Part shown: piece by piece, positions 1 through 9,156 of the stretch
Layout: every line of letters begins with the position of its first letter
Position numbering within the stretch: the first letter of the stretch is position 1
Source: Armatimonadota bacterium
GTDB taxonomy: Bacteria > Armatimonadota > UBA5829 > JAUSEB01
Length of the DNA: 64,000 nt
Reading direction: 5' to 3'
Assembly: GCA_030649165.1 (NCBI GenBank)
Contig: JAUSGG010000024.1
Coordinates: 7,005-71,004, forward strand
Made by a program: the position numbers and the translations under genes
The notes under the pieces: model-generated
Databases searched by the model: none
What the model saw: only the letters and a program-made list of their open reading frames with translations
What the model was told of the DNA's origin: nothing

Positions 1-39
1 GAGAGTTATACTGGAGGCCGCCGGCCGCGAGTTGACCGC

Positions 40-567
40 ATGATTTACCACCTTGCCCGCCGCAGAACGTTTTTCTTCCCCGTAGGGCTCGTCGTAATGC
101 TGGTTCTTGCCAAGCCGACCTGGCCCACCTACCTGGCCGGACTGCTTCTCGTCATTCTTGGCGAAATCGTTAGATTCTGGGCTGCCGGGCATATCCGGAA
201 ATCCATTTCGCTTACGTCGAGCGGACCTTTCGGCTGCGTTCGCAATCCGCTGTACGCCGGCAGTTTTGTTATGACCGTAGGCTATGGCGTCATATCGAAC
301 AGCCTTGCCGCGGCCGTGTTCGCGATCGTTTTGTTTGGTATGCTGCATACCGCGGCAATCCTGTATGAGGAGCGCCAGTTATCGAAGCTTTTCGGACAGG
401 AGTTTACCGAATACTGCAAGTCCGTGCCCAGGTTGTTCCCAAAATGGCCCAGGGGCGAGCCAAGGCAATACTCGTGGCGCCAGGCCATCGAGAACAGCGA
501 GCATAAGTCGGCTCTGTTCGCCGCTGCCGCCGCGCTTGCATTCGCCGCGCGAGCGTTAGTGAGATAA
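40..567 (+). CDS. Isoprenylcysteine carboxyl/phospholipid methyltransferase (ICMT/PEMT) family membrane protein
   Basis: Hydrophobic 175 aa with the family motifs GPFxxVRNPLYxGS and EExxLxxxFGxEFxEYxxxVPR. Confidence 0.85.
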   Translation: MIYHLARRRTFFFPVGLVVMLVLAKPTWPTYLAGLLLVILGEIVRFWAAGHIRKSISLTSSGPFGCVRNPLYAGSFVMTVGYGVISNSLAAAVFAIVLFGMLHTAAILYEERQLSKLFGQEFTEYCKSVPRLFPKWPRGEPRQYSWRQAIENSEHKSALFAAAAALAFAARALVR

Positions 568-572
568 ACATA

Positions 573-2360
573 ATGAGTGATCCGTCAAAGCAAGAGCGCA
601 AAGTCTCCCCACAGAAGAGAGTCGCGAGCTACATCTTGAGGTACAAGAAGGTGTTCATCGGTGGCGCCCTCTGCGGCGCCGGGTCGGCCGTGGTCATGAT
701 GCTGGTGACGTGGCTGATCAAGCTGTTCTTCGACGCGATGGAAATGGACAAGGGCCACGGCGGACACCACCTATTGATGATGGTATGCGTCGGAACCATC
801 GGCTGCTACGTGCTGAACTGGGTCTTCTCTTACGGCCAGACCTATCTTCTTTCTTTCGGGAGCAATCGAGTGGCCGCGGATTTACGCAACGACATTTATT
901 CGCACATCCAAAGCCTGCCGCTCAGTTTCTTCGACCGCACCAGGACCGGTCACATCATCTCTCGCATCGCTAATGACATTGGGCTGATTCAGAACGGCTC
1001 AAACGTTATCGTCCCGCTTGTGCGCGCGCCACTGATCATCGTTGTCGGGCTCGGCATAATGTTCTTGACAAGCTGGAAACTGTCTCTCATTGCCGCGATA
1101 GTTGCGCCTTTGATGGCGTTGACGATAACTAAGATCGGCCGCAAGATGAAGACGCTTACCTCGCTCCTGCAGATCACGTTAGCCGATCTAACCGCGGCGC
1201 TGGAAGACGCCATGGTCGGCATGCGGGTCATCAAGTCGTTTGGCACCGAGGACTACGAGATTGATAAATTCGCGGAGCACAATCGTCGCAGCCTCAGAGC
1301 CACGATGCGGGGGGTCAAGAGGAACGCGGCGGTCACGCCTACTCTGGAGTTCCTGGGCGCGCTTGGAGCTGTTGGCGTGATATACTACGGAGCTTCGCTC
1401 GTGCAGCAACCGCACAGCCCTATGACCGTCGGCAGCCTCGTGCAGTATTTTGCGCTGCTGAACCTGGTCCAGGCGTCCGCCAGGCAGTTCGGCCAGGTGA
1501 CCGTCACGTATCAGCAAACTATGGCGGGCGCCGAGCGCGTTTTCGAAATGATCGACGAGAAATCAGACCTCGTGGAAGCCCCGGACGCAATAACGCTTCC
1601 GACGGTCTGCGGTAGAGTGGAGTTCCGCGACGTTACTTTCGAATACAAGAAAGGCATTCCCGTTCTGCGGAACGTCTCGTTTACGATGGAGCCTGGCAAG
1701 GTCGTGGCCCTTGTGGGCCCGAGCGGCGCGGGCAAATCGACCATAGCTTATCTCATCCCCAGGTTCTACGACGTGCTGGACGGGGCCGTATTGGTTGATG
1801 GCGTGGACGTGCGGGAAGTCACCCTGAACTCCCTGCGCAAGCACATCGGCATCGTGCCTCAGGAAACCATTTTGTTCACCGGCACGGTGAGGGAGAACAT
1901 AAGCTACGGGCGATTCGACGCCACCGACGAGGAGGTCATCGAAGCCGCGAAGGCCGCCCGCGCGCACGAGTTCATAGCGCAGTTGAAAGAAGGCTACAAC
2001 ACCATCGTCGGCGAAAGAGGCGTGGCCCTGTCCGGCGGCGAGCGGCAGCGTATTTCCATAGCGCGGGCCCTCCTCCGCAATCCGCGCATCCTGATCCTTG
2101 ACGAGGCGACCTCTTCGCTGGACTCCACTTCCGAGTCCCTGGTGCAGGAGGCCCTGGAGCGGCTGATGCAGGGGAGGACCACGCTGGTCATCGCTCACCG
2201 GCTTTCCACTATCACGAAAGCCGATCACATCCTGGCCATTCGTGACGGCCGCGTCGCGGAAAGCGGAACGTTTAGAGAGTTGCTCGCGGCCGGAGGGCTG
2301 TTCCATTCGCTTTACAACACGCAGTTCCGCCCGGAGCAAACCGGCCTGGCGGTTGACTGA
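573..2360 (+). CDS. msbA: Lipid A flippase-type ABC transporter (TMD+NBD)
   Basis: N-terminal membrane domain, Walker A GPSGAGKST, signature LSGGERQR, Walker B ILILDEATS; lipid A gene context. Confidence 0.8.
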   Translation: MSDPSKQERKVSPQKRVASYILRYKKVFIGGALCGAGSAVVMMLVTWLIKLFFDAMEMDKGHGGHHLLMMVCVGTIGCYVLNWVFSYGQTYLLSFGSNRVAADLRNDIYSHIQSLPLSFFDRTRTGHIISRIANDIGLIQNGSNVIVPLVRAPLIIVVGLGIMFLTSWKLSLIAAIVAPLMALTITKIGRKMKTLTSLLQITLADLTAALEDAMVGMRVIKSFGTEDYEIDKFAEHNRRSLRATMRGVKRNAAVTPTLEFLGALGAVGVIYYGASLVQQPHSPMTVGSLVQYFALLNLVQASARQFGQVTVTYQQTMAGAERVFEMIDEKSDLVEAPDAITLPTVCGRVEFRDVTFEYKKGIPVLRNVSFTMEPGKVVALVGPSGAGKSTIAYLIPRFYDVLDGAVLVDGVDVREVTLNSLRKHIGIVPQETILFTGTVRENISYGRFDATDEEVIEAAKAARAHEFIAQLKEGYNTIVGERGVALSGGERQRISIARALLRNPRILILDEATSSLDSTSESLVQEALERLMQGRTTLVIAHRLSTITKADHILAIRDGRVAESGTFRELLAAGGLFHSLYNTQFRPEQTGLAVD

Positions 2361-2375
2361 AGGGAACGCGATCAG

Positions 2376-3056
2376 TTGTCAAAGCTTTCGCGCAAAATAG
2401 CCGATTACGCGCTCTGGCGAATCGTCTGGTGGGCATCGAACCTCATCAGTCGCTCGCTCCGATTCCGCGTGGAGGGCTTTGACAGGCTTCTGGACCATCT
2501 GGCGACCGGCAAAGGACTGGTCCTGGTTGTCTGGCACGGGCGGACTCTGCTGCCCATCTATTATTGCCGGAACAGGGGGTTCTGGGCCATTATATCCCTC
2601 TCCCGCGACGGAGAGCTGCAAAACCGTGTCGTCACGCGATACGGCTATCGCACGATTCGCGGCTCGTCCGGCAAGCAGGGAGCGAGGGCGTTCCTGGAGA
2701 GCGTCAGACGCCTGCAGGAAGGAGCAACGCTGTCGGTGACTCCGGACGGACCGAAAGGCCCGGACAGGCAGGTGCAGATGGGGACCGTCCTCCTGGCCCA
2801 GCGGTCGGGCTGTCCGGTCCTGCCCATTGGCGCGAGCGCTCAGCCCCGCAGACTGTTGGGGTCCTGGGACAGCTACATGCTCCCCAGGCCCTTCGGCCGC
2901 GCGGCCGTGGTCTTCGGCGAGCCTCTCTGGCCGCCAGGCGAAGCTTCGGGCGAAGCGTCTGAAAAATGGACGGCGGAGATCGAAACCGCTCTCCGGGAAG
3001 TAGAACAGCGAGCAGAGGCACTCGCGAAGCGGCAGGTGAATTCCCTCTCCCTATGA
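2376..3056 (+). CDS. DUF374/LpxJ-like lysophospholipid acyltransferase
   Basis: Motifs WHGR, ISxSRDGE, IRGSS, TPDGPKGP and PRPFGR; sits between msbA and waaA. Confidence 0.85.
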   Translation: MSKLSRKIADYALWRIVWWASNLISRSLRFRVEGFDRLLDHLATGKGLVLVVWHGRTLLPIYYCRNRGFWAIISLSRDGELQNRVVTRYGYRTIRGSSGKQGARAFLESVRRLQEGATLSVTPDGPKGPDRQVQMGTVLLAQRSGCPVLPIGASAQPRRLLGSWDSYMLPRPFGRAAVVFGEPLWPPGEASGEASEKWTAEIETALREVEQRAEALAKRQVNSLSL

Positions 3057-3123
3057 GGGAGAGGGCTAGGGTGAGGGTGGAAGGTTGGGCTGAAGACCCG
3101 CTGTAGCCCGAAGAGAAAAAGAA
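3042..3123. repeat. CCCTCTCCC..GGGAGAGGG..GGGTGAGGG palindromic repeat plus tail; near-identical copy at ~10166-10248
   Basis: Direct comparison: tccctctccctatgagggagagggctagggtgagggtggaag...gaagaccc...agcccgaagagaaaaagaa occurs twice. Confidence 0.85.
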
Positions 3124-3126
3124 TAG

Positions 3127-4428
3127 ATGGCTAACGACCTACTGACATACTACGCATACAATAGCCTTCTGGCCGCGCTTTCGCCGGTCATCGCCGGCTG
3201 CTGCGCCTGGTCCGCGGTCCGCGCGCGCCGGCCCGTGTCGGTCATCCGCCGGCAGCTCGGGCTCATAGCTTCCGACGTTCGCAACATCAGGTCCGAACAC
3301 CGCGTCTGGGTTCAGGCCGTATCCGTGGGCGAAGCCGTCGCCAGCGGCCCAGTGTTCAGCGAACTCCGGCGGCTTCTGCCGGACGTTGAGCTTACCCTTT
3401 CCACTACCACCACGGCCGGCCAGGAGATAGCTCGAAAAAGCGTCTCCGAAGCCGACAACGTCGTCTACTTTCCGCTCGACATCGTCCCGGCGGTGAAGAA
3501 GTCGCTCGACATCATCCGTCCGGACGTGTTCGTGTCGGTGGAAACCGAGCTCTGGCCGAATTTCCTCTATCAATGCAGGCGCAGGGGTATACCCGTCGCC
3601 GTTATCAACGGCATCATTTCCGACCGGACCTATCGCTGGCGCAAAAGGCTCGGCTGGATATACCGTTGGGCGTTAAGCGGTGTAGACAGGTTTCTAATGC
3701 AGTCGCAGGACGACGCAGCCCGCGTCGTGGAGCTTGGGGCGCGTCCCGACCGGGTGGAAGTCGCCGGCAATTGCAAGTTCGATCAGCTTCCGCCCGACCT
3801 TTCCGATGATGACCGGCGCGGCATACGGAGCAGCCTGGGAATCAGCAACGGCTCGCCCGCGCTCGTTGCGGGGAGCACTAATCCGGGCGAGGAAGAGCAG
3901 GTCCTGGACGCATATCGCGCGCTGAGGCAAACACAGGGCCGTCTTCGACTCATAATCGCGCCGCGTCAGTTGGGTCGGACCGAGTCGATACGGACTCTGG
4001 TGTCGTCGTACGGCTTCTCCTGCGGCAGGCGCAGCGATGCCGGCAGCCTGACCGGCGCTGAGGATGTCATCATTCTGGACACGATGGGCGAGCTCGCGTC
4101 CGTGTACGGCGTGGCGACCGTCGCTTTTGTCGGCGGGAGCCTCATACCCAAAGGAGGACACAATATCCTGCAGCCGATCGCGCACGGACGGCCCGTGATT
4201 TACGGTCCGTACATGCACAAAGCCAGAGACCTGGCTCGCATCGCCGGCGAGGCGGGAGTTGGCTTTCAAGTCGCTGATTCAGCCGAATTCGCGCGCGTGG
4301 CCGCCTCATTGTTGGACAATCCGGCGCGGCTCGATGAGATTCGCGATAAGGCGCAAGGCTTGATCGAACGCAACCGGGGGGCCTCGCGCCGATGCGCGGA
4401 GACGATTGCCGAGCTGTGTCCAAGGTAG
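3127..4428 (+). CDS. waaA: 3-deoxy-D-manno-octulosonic acid (Kdo) transferase
   Basis: Motifs WVQAVSVGE, TTTTAG, ETELWPN, GNCKFD, AGSTNPGEE, LDTMGEL and GGHNILQP. Confidence 0.92.
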   Translation: MANDLLTYYAYNSLLAALSPVIAGCCAWSAVRARRPVSVIRRQLGLIASDVRNIRSEHRVWVQAVSVGEAVASGPVFSELRRLLPDVELTLSTTTTAGQEIARKSVSEADNVVYFPLDIVPAVKKSLDIIRPDVFVSVETELWPNFLYQCRRRGIPVAVINGIISDRTYRWRKRLGWIYRWALSGVDRFLMQSQDDAARVVELGARPDRVEVAGNCKFDQLPPDLSDDDRRGIRSSLGISNGSPALVAGSTNPGEEEQVLDAYRALRQTQGRLRLIIAPRQLGRTESIRTLVSSYGFSCGRRSDAGSLTGAEDVIILDTMGELASVYGVATVAFVGGSLIPKGGHNILQPIAHGRPVIYGPYMHKARDLARIAGEAGVGFQVADSAEFARVAASLLDNPARLDEIRDKAQGLIERNRGASRRCAETIAELCPR

Positions 4429-5555
4429 AATCGAAGCCGGCGGCGAGTTACGCGCTGAGCTTAATCAGCGGGGAGGCGCGCGGGCCGGTCGCGGCCGCGC
4501 TCAGGGCGGCGCTTGCGCTCCTCGCGGTCCTTTATCGAATAGGGCTGGCGGCATTCCTGCTGCCCTATCGCCTGGGCATACGGAAGCGCAGGCGGCTTCC
4601 GCGCCCGGTGATCAGCATCGGCAACATGACTTTCGGCGGGACCGGCAAGACGCCGGCGGTCCGCACGATCGCCGCCGGGTTGCAGGCGCGGGGATTGCGC
4701 CCCGTCATACTCAGCCGCGGCCACGGAGGCCGGCGGCACGGCAGCCCGACCATCGTGTCGGATGGAGCGAAACGCCGCCTGTCCGCCGCGGAATCCGGCG
4801 ACGAACCCGCGATGCTCGCGGATTTGCTGCCTGGCGTTCCGGTGGTTGTCGGCAAGAATAGATGGCGAAGCGGCCAACTCGCAATACGCGAGTTCGATCC
4901 GGACGTGATCCTGCTGGACGATGCCCTGCAGTATTGGCAGTTGCATCGTGATGTGGACGTGGTTCTGATAAACGCCGTGGAGCCGTTTGGCTACGGGCGT
5001 CTGATGCCGCGAGGCGCGCTGCGTGAGCCGCTGGCCGGTCTGAAACGCGCCGATGTTGTCGTGATCACGAACAGCGACAGGGCGACATCCGATGGCCTGG
5101 CCGGCATAAAGCGCCGAATCGCCGGAATTGCGCCCGATTCGCTGATTGTCGAAGCGGTCCATAAGCCGGTAGGTCTGCGCTTCGTAAGCGGCGAAACCGT
5201 CGGGATCGACTGGCTGCGGGGGCGGCAAGTCTGCTCCGCCTGTTCGATAGGCGCGCCCGGCCTGTTCGCAAACTCTCTCGCCGCGATGGGAGCGGAGGTC
5301 GTTCTGGAGTTCAACTTCCCGGACCACCATTTGTGGAGCGGGGATGAGATCGAGACCATAGCCGTCCGGGCCGCTGAAGTCGGCGCGGAAGCTATTTTGA
5401 CAACGGAGAAGGACGCGGTGAAACTGCCCGCCGGGGAACTCCGCCTTCCGGTCCTGGCGGTAGACGTAATGATGGACTTTGGCGAGGCGGACGTCATCAG
5501 CGCCGTAATGGAGAAGGCGCGCGTAATCCCCTCTCCCTTGACGGCAGAGGGTTAG
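4416..5555 (+). CDS. lpxK: Tetraacyldisaccharide 4'-kinase
   Basis: Motifs ISIGNMTFGGTGKTP, LSRGHG, GDEP, LDDALQ, PRGALRE, FPDHH and TTEKDAVKL. Start moved to the GTG overlapping the waaA end. Confidence 0.93.
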   Translation: MSKVESKPAASYALSLISGEARGPVAAALRAALALLAVLYRIGLAAFLLPYRLGIRKRRRLPRPVISIGNMTFGGTGKTPAVRTIAAGLQARGLRPVILSRGHGGRRHGSPTIVSDGAKRRLSAAESGDEPAMLADLLPGVPVVVGKNRWRSGQLAIREFDPDVILLDDALQYWQLHRDVDVVLINAVEPFGYGRLMPRGALREPLAGLKRADVVVITNSDRATSDGLAGIKRRIAGIAPDSLIVEAVHKPVGLRFVSGETVGIDWLRGRQVCSACSIGAPGLFANSLAAMGAEVVLEFNFPDHHLWSGDEIETIAVRAAEVGAEAILTTEKDAVKLPAGELRLPVLAVDVMMDFGEADVISAVMEKARVIPSPLTAEG

Positions 5556-5666
5556 AGCCTGCCCTGAGCGAAGCGAATGGGGTGAGGGTGATACGGTAAG
5601 GTTTCGTCCGATCCTTCGGTAGCGACGCTGCCGAAGGAGGGATTCCGGTGACCATTCGCTCATACA

Positions 5667-6590
5667 ATGAAAACACATCGTAAGCCGGTGAGGAAAAAGC
5701 TGCTGTTGTTCGCGGTCCGAAATGCGTGCCGGCCCATCGTTTGGGCGTTTAGCAGAACGCCTTGGGAAAGCGCCGGTCGGATAGCTCGTGTCCTTGGACC
5801 GCTGGCGTACTTCAGCAGCAGGCGATACCGTCGGGCCGCGGTCGCGAACCTGCGCGCCGCGTTTCCCGAAATGGGTGAGGCGGAAGCCCGGTCCATCACC
5901 CGGCGAGTATTCTGTAACTTTTGCCGAGCTCTTGTCGAATTCTTTATTGTGCGTCGATTTGGCCCGTCCGATCTCGAGCGTGTGATGGAGCTTCAAGGCA
6001 AGGAACATGCGGATGAGGCGCTGAGAAGAGGCAAGGGCGCAATGATACTCACCGCGCACATGGGGAATTGGGAGGTTCTCGCCAGAAAGCTCGTGGCGGA
6101 AGGCTATCCTATGAATGTGATCGCAAGAGACAGCGACGATCCGACTATGACCGGCGTCATCAACAGCGCCAGGCGGCAGGGTGGGTACACCGTTTTCGAG
6201 CGGGACAAATCCGTGCGGTCGGCGATGCGTTGTCTGAAAGACAATCAGTTTCTCGGAATTCTGCCGGATCAGAACACGATTGGGAGTTGCGTTTTTGTGG
6301 ATTTTTTCGGCCGCCCGGCGGCCACCGCCGCTGGAGCGGCCATGTTCGCCCTGAAGACCGGGGCGGCGATACTGCCGTCTTTCAACCATTGGGAGCCGCA
6401 TACTAAGCGATACAGCGCCGTGATCTACCCGCCGCTGGAGACTCCACTGACCGGCGACACCGACCGTGACGTCGAGCTGATAACGGCGGCTTACACGAAG
6501 ATAATCGAAGCGGAGATTCGCAAATACCCGGACCAATGGCTCTGGCTGCACAGCAGGTGGAAACGTACGCGCGTAGCGGATGAGGCGTGA
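5667..6590 (+). CDS. Lipid A late acyltransferase (LpxL/HtrB family)
   Basis: Motifs TAHMGNWE, ILPDQ, FVDFFGRPA and PDQWLWLHSRWK. Confidence 0.9.
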   Translation: MKTHRKPVRKKLLLFAVRNACRPIVWAFSRTPWESAGRIARVLGPLAYFSSRRYRRAAVANLRAAFPEMGEAEARSITRRVFCNFCRALVEFFIVRRFGPSDLERVMELQGKEHADEALRRGKGAMILTAHMGNWEVLARKLVAEGYPMNVIARDSDDPTMTGVINSARRQGGYTVFERDKSVRSAMRCLKDNQFLGILPDQNTIGSCVFVDFFGRPAATAAGAAMFALKTGAAILPSFNHWEPHTKRYSAVIYPPLETPLTGDTDRDVELITAAYTKIIEAEIRKYPDQWLWLHSRWKRTRVADEA

Positions 6591-6599
6591 GGACTGAGG

Positions 6600-6972
6600 T
6601 GTGAGTGACCTCCCCCTAACCCCCTCCTGAGAGGAGGGGGGACTCCCTCTCCTCGTAGGAGAGGGCTGGGGTGAGGTCCTTGCGCAGGTATGGGCGCATG
6701 CGGGAACTGACTTTGGTGATGTTCGATGAGTTGGTTGTATGAGGCCGTTCCCGCGGGATAGGTGTCCGTTTTCGAGGCAGGACTGAGGTATGAGGTGTGA
6801 GGTATGAGTGACCTCCCCCTAACCCCCTCCTGAGAGGAGGGGGAACATCGCTCCCTCTCCCTGGAAGGGAGAGGGTTGGGGTGAGGGTTGAAGCTATCGC
6901 ATTACACCGAGCGTTGACCGTTGCAACGAGGCCAACTCCCTCTCCATTCAGGAGAGGGTTGGGGTGGGGTTC
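6600..6972. repeat. Cluster of palindromic REP-like repeats (CCCCCTCC..GGAGGGGG and CCCTCTCC..GGAGAGGG types)
   Basis: At least five hairpins, including the duplicated unit gagtgacctccccctaaccccctcctgagaggaggggg (6603 and 6806). Confidence 0.85.
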
Positions 6973-7045
6973 TTCCGCGGCTTGCTTTAGTATGCTTTGA
7001 CCGGCAGCGTGAGGCTTTAACCTCACGGCCCACGTTCGGGCCACA

Positions 7046-7795
7046 ATGAAAGGAACTGGTGTGTTAAGAAGATCGTCCGTATGGATTATTTCGGCCATCC
7101 TGATAACGCTGGCGCTCCCCGCCGTCCTCGCGGCCGACCTGAGGCAGCAGGTGCGCGAGGCTACGTCGAAGTTCCGAGACTTGACGGTCAGCACCGTGAG
7201 CACGTACTCCAACGCAAAGGAGCTGGCTCGGATAGGCAAAAGCTTCGCGCGCGCCCACGAGTTCAAGAATGCGAAACTGAAGTACAAGGAGCCGGATAAG
7301 TTCAAGATGGAGGGGACCATCGGCATGGTCCGCGTCCAGTATATCTCCTACAATGACGTGCAGGTCGTCCGCATTCCCAAGATTCATTACTCGAAGCGAG
7401 AGGACGTCTCGGATCAGCCGGGAAAGGCGCGATCTTGCCTCGATCTCGGGATTGTCACCGACGGCCTTTGGCAGACCCACGAGGTCAAGCTCCTGGATAA
7501 GGAAGAAACGCCTTCGGGCGTCGTCTACGTGCTGCAGCTTACTCGTAACGGCGATCCGAGACCGAATCAGACTATATGGATTGACGGCCGGTTTCGCTTA
7601 CTGAAGTGGGAAAAGCGCTACAAGGGAGGCACCCTTAAGGCGCGGTATATCTTTAAGGAACACCAATTGGTGGATGGAATCATCTGGGTTCCGTGCCGGA
7701 CTGAAACCTATAACGTGAAGAACGCATTGGCCGGTGTCCTGGAAACCAAGGACGCGAAGGTAAACACGAATATACCTGACTCCGAGTTTCGATAG
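7046..7795 (+). CDS. Secreted LolA-like / outer-membrane lipoprotein-sorting family protein
   Basis: Signal peptide, YKEPDKFKME, and a C-terminal KVNTNIPDSEF typical of the LolA fold. Confidence 0.6.
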   Translation: MKGTGVLRRSSVWIISAILITLALPAVLAADLRQQVREATSKFRDLTVSTVSTYSNAKELARIGKSFARAHEFKNAKLKYKEPDKFKMEGTIGMVRVQYISYNDVQVVRIPKIHYSKREDVSDQPGKARSCLDLGIVTDGLWQTHEVKLLDKEETPSGVVYVLQLTRNGDPRPNQTIWIDGRFRLLKWEKRYKGGTLKARYIFKEHQLVDGIIWVPCRTETYNVKNALAGVLETKDAKVNTNIPDSEFR

Positions 7796-7806
7796 GCGGA
7801 ATAAGT

Positions 7807-9156
7807 ATGGCGCTCACAGGCACGAGGAACAACGAGCCGGTTGACGGCGCTCGACGCGAGTCCATAACAGCCGCAATCGCCGACGCCGCGGACAACCTGC
7901 TGCTGGAAATCCGCGGCGGACTGTATGCGCTCGCCCATTCCCTGTTTTGGCGAACTCGCGAGCGCTGGCTCTCGGATATTCTTCGGAACCGCGACTACAT
8001 CCGCCGATGGAAAGGCGCGCTTCTGCTGTTTGCGCCCGTGTCCGGCGAAGTCATAACCGGCCTGCCGCTCCTCCGACTGCTCTCCGAACGGTGGCCGGGG
8101 ACTCCGGTTCTGGTCTGCGCGACAACCAAGTCGGGACTGGCCGCGGCCAGGTCGGCGGGGCTGGAGGCGGCCCGACTGGCCGTTGACAGTCGCCGGCTGG
8201 CGCGCGGAATCGTAAAGGCCCTTGAGCCGAGAGGCATGATCATGATCCAGGCCTCGTGCACCGGCCTGCCCGTTAACCTGATCGCGGCTTTGGCCGCCGG
8301 CTCGCGGCCCGTGGTGGTCGTTAACGGTTCAGTTACGCAGAGAGACCTTCGGGCGTCCCGCGATGGAAAACGCCGTCGCCTGGGCGTGTATGGAAACATC
8401 ACGGCCTTTTGTATGCAAACTGAAAAGGATGCCGAAAGGCTGATAACGCTTGGCGCCGATCCTGAGAAAATTCACGTGGTCGGGAACATGAAAATGGACG
8501 CCGCGATCGAGGACGCCAAACTCGGCGCGTCTGAAGACCTCAGGCGAGAGCTGCATTTGAACGGATCGGAAGCCCTCATTGTGGCGGGGAGCACGCATCC
8601 GGGCGAGGAAGAGGCGGTCCTGGAGGGATTCCGCGCGGTGGAACGCGCTGTTCCCGAAGCGCGGCTGATTCTTGCGCCAAGGAAGATAAAGAGGGCCAAA
8701 TCCATATTGCAGACTTGCAGGCAAGCAGGCTTTTCCGCGGAGTTGCGCAGCAGTCTTCGGAGTTGCCCGCAGATCATCGTGTTGGATACCATGGGAGAGC
8801 TGCGATTGCTCTACGAATCGGCGGCGGTGGCTTTTGTCGGCGGCACGCTGGTTCCGGTCGGCGGACATAATGTGCTGGAGCCGGCGGCAAGGGGCAAACC
8901 GGTGCTGTTCGGGCCGTACGTTCATAATACCTCCGGCGCGGCCGAGGCGCTTCTGGAGGCGGGCGGGGCGTTCAAAGTCTGCGACGCGGACGATCTTTCT
9001 CGGACTCTGGTCGCTCTGTTTGACGACGACAATGCCCGCCGCGGCGCCGGCGCGCGGGCGCTTGAGGCAGTGCGGTCTCACGTCGGCGCAGCCGCGCTGT
9101 ACGCGAAGAAAGTGGAAGAGCTGGTTGATCCTGCCGAAGTCTATTCTGCTCGTTAA
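7807..9156 (+). CDS. Second, divergent Kdo-transferase (WaaA/GT30-like) paralog
   Basis: Keeps GNMKMD, AGSTHPGEE, LAPR, LDTMGEL and GGHNVLEPA; N-lobe motifs are altered. Confidence 0.85.
   Translation: MALTGTRNNEPVDGARRESITAAIADAADNLLLEIRGGLYALAHSLFWRTRERWLSDILRNRDYIRRWKGALLLFAPVSGEVITGLPLLRLLSERWPGTPVLVCATTKSGLAAARSAGLEAARLAVDSRRLARGIVKALEPRGMIMIQASCTGLPVNLIAALAAGSRPVVVVNGSVTQRDLRASRDGKRRRLGVYGNITAFCMQTEKDAERLITLGADPEKIHVVGNMKMDAAIEDAKLGASEDLRRELHLNGSEALIVAGSTHPGEEEAVLEGFRAVERAVPEARLILAPRKIKRAKSILQTCRQAGFSAELRSSLRSCPQIIVLDTMGELRLLYESAAVAFVGGTLVPVGGHNVLEPAARGKPVLFGPYVHNTSGAAEALLEAGGAFKVCDADDLSRTLVALFDDDNARRGAGARALEAVRSHVGAAALYAKKVEELVDPAEVYSAR

Noticed and set aside
4461-6551. 696-aa minus-strand ORF and other long antisense ORFs (e.g. 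30942-32105, 48984-50174, 56546-57856, 62389-63231)
   Set aside because: Shadow frames of well-supported genes in GC-rich DNA, with no motifs of their own.
6616-7326. ORFs reading through repeat clusters (also 24049-24805, 44947-45414 and the 5' parts of 28207-28782 and 56210-59740)
   Set aside because: Translations consist of repeat-derived strings such as LTPTLSLPGRG and PQIPKQR.
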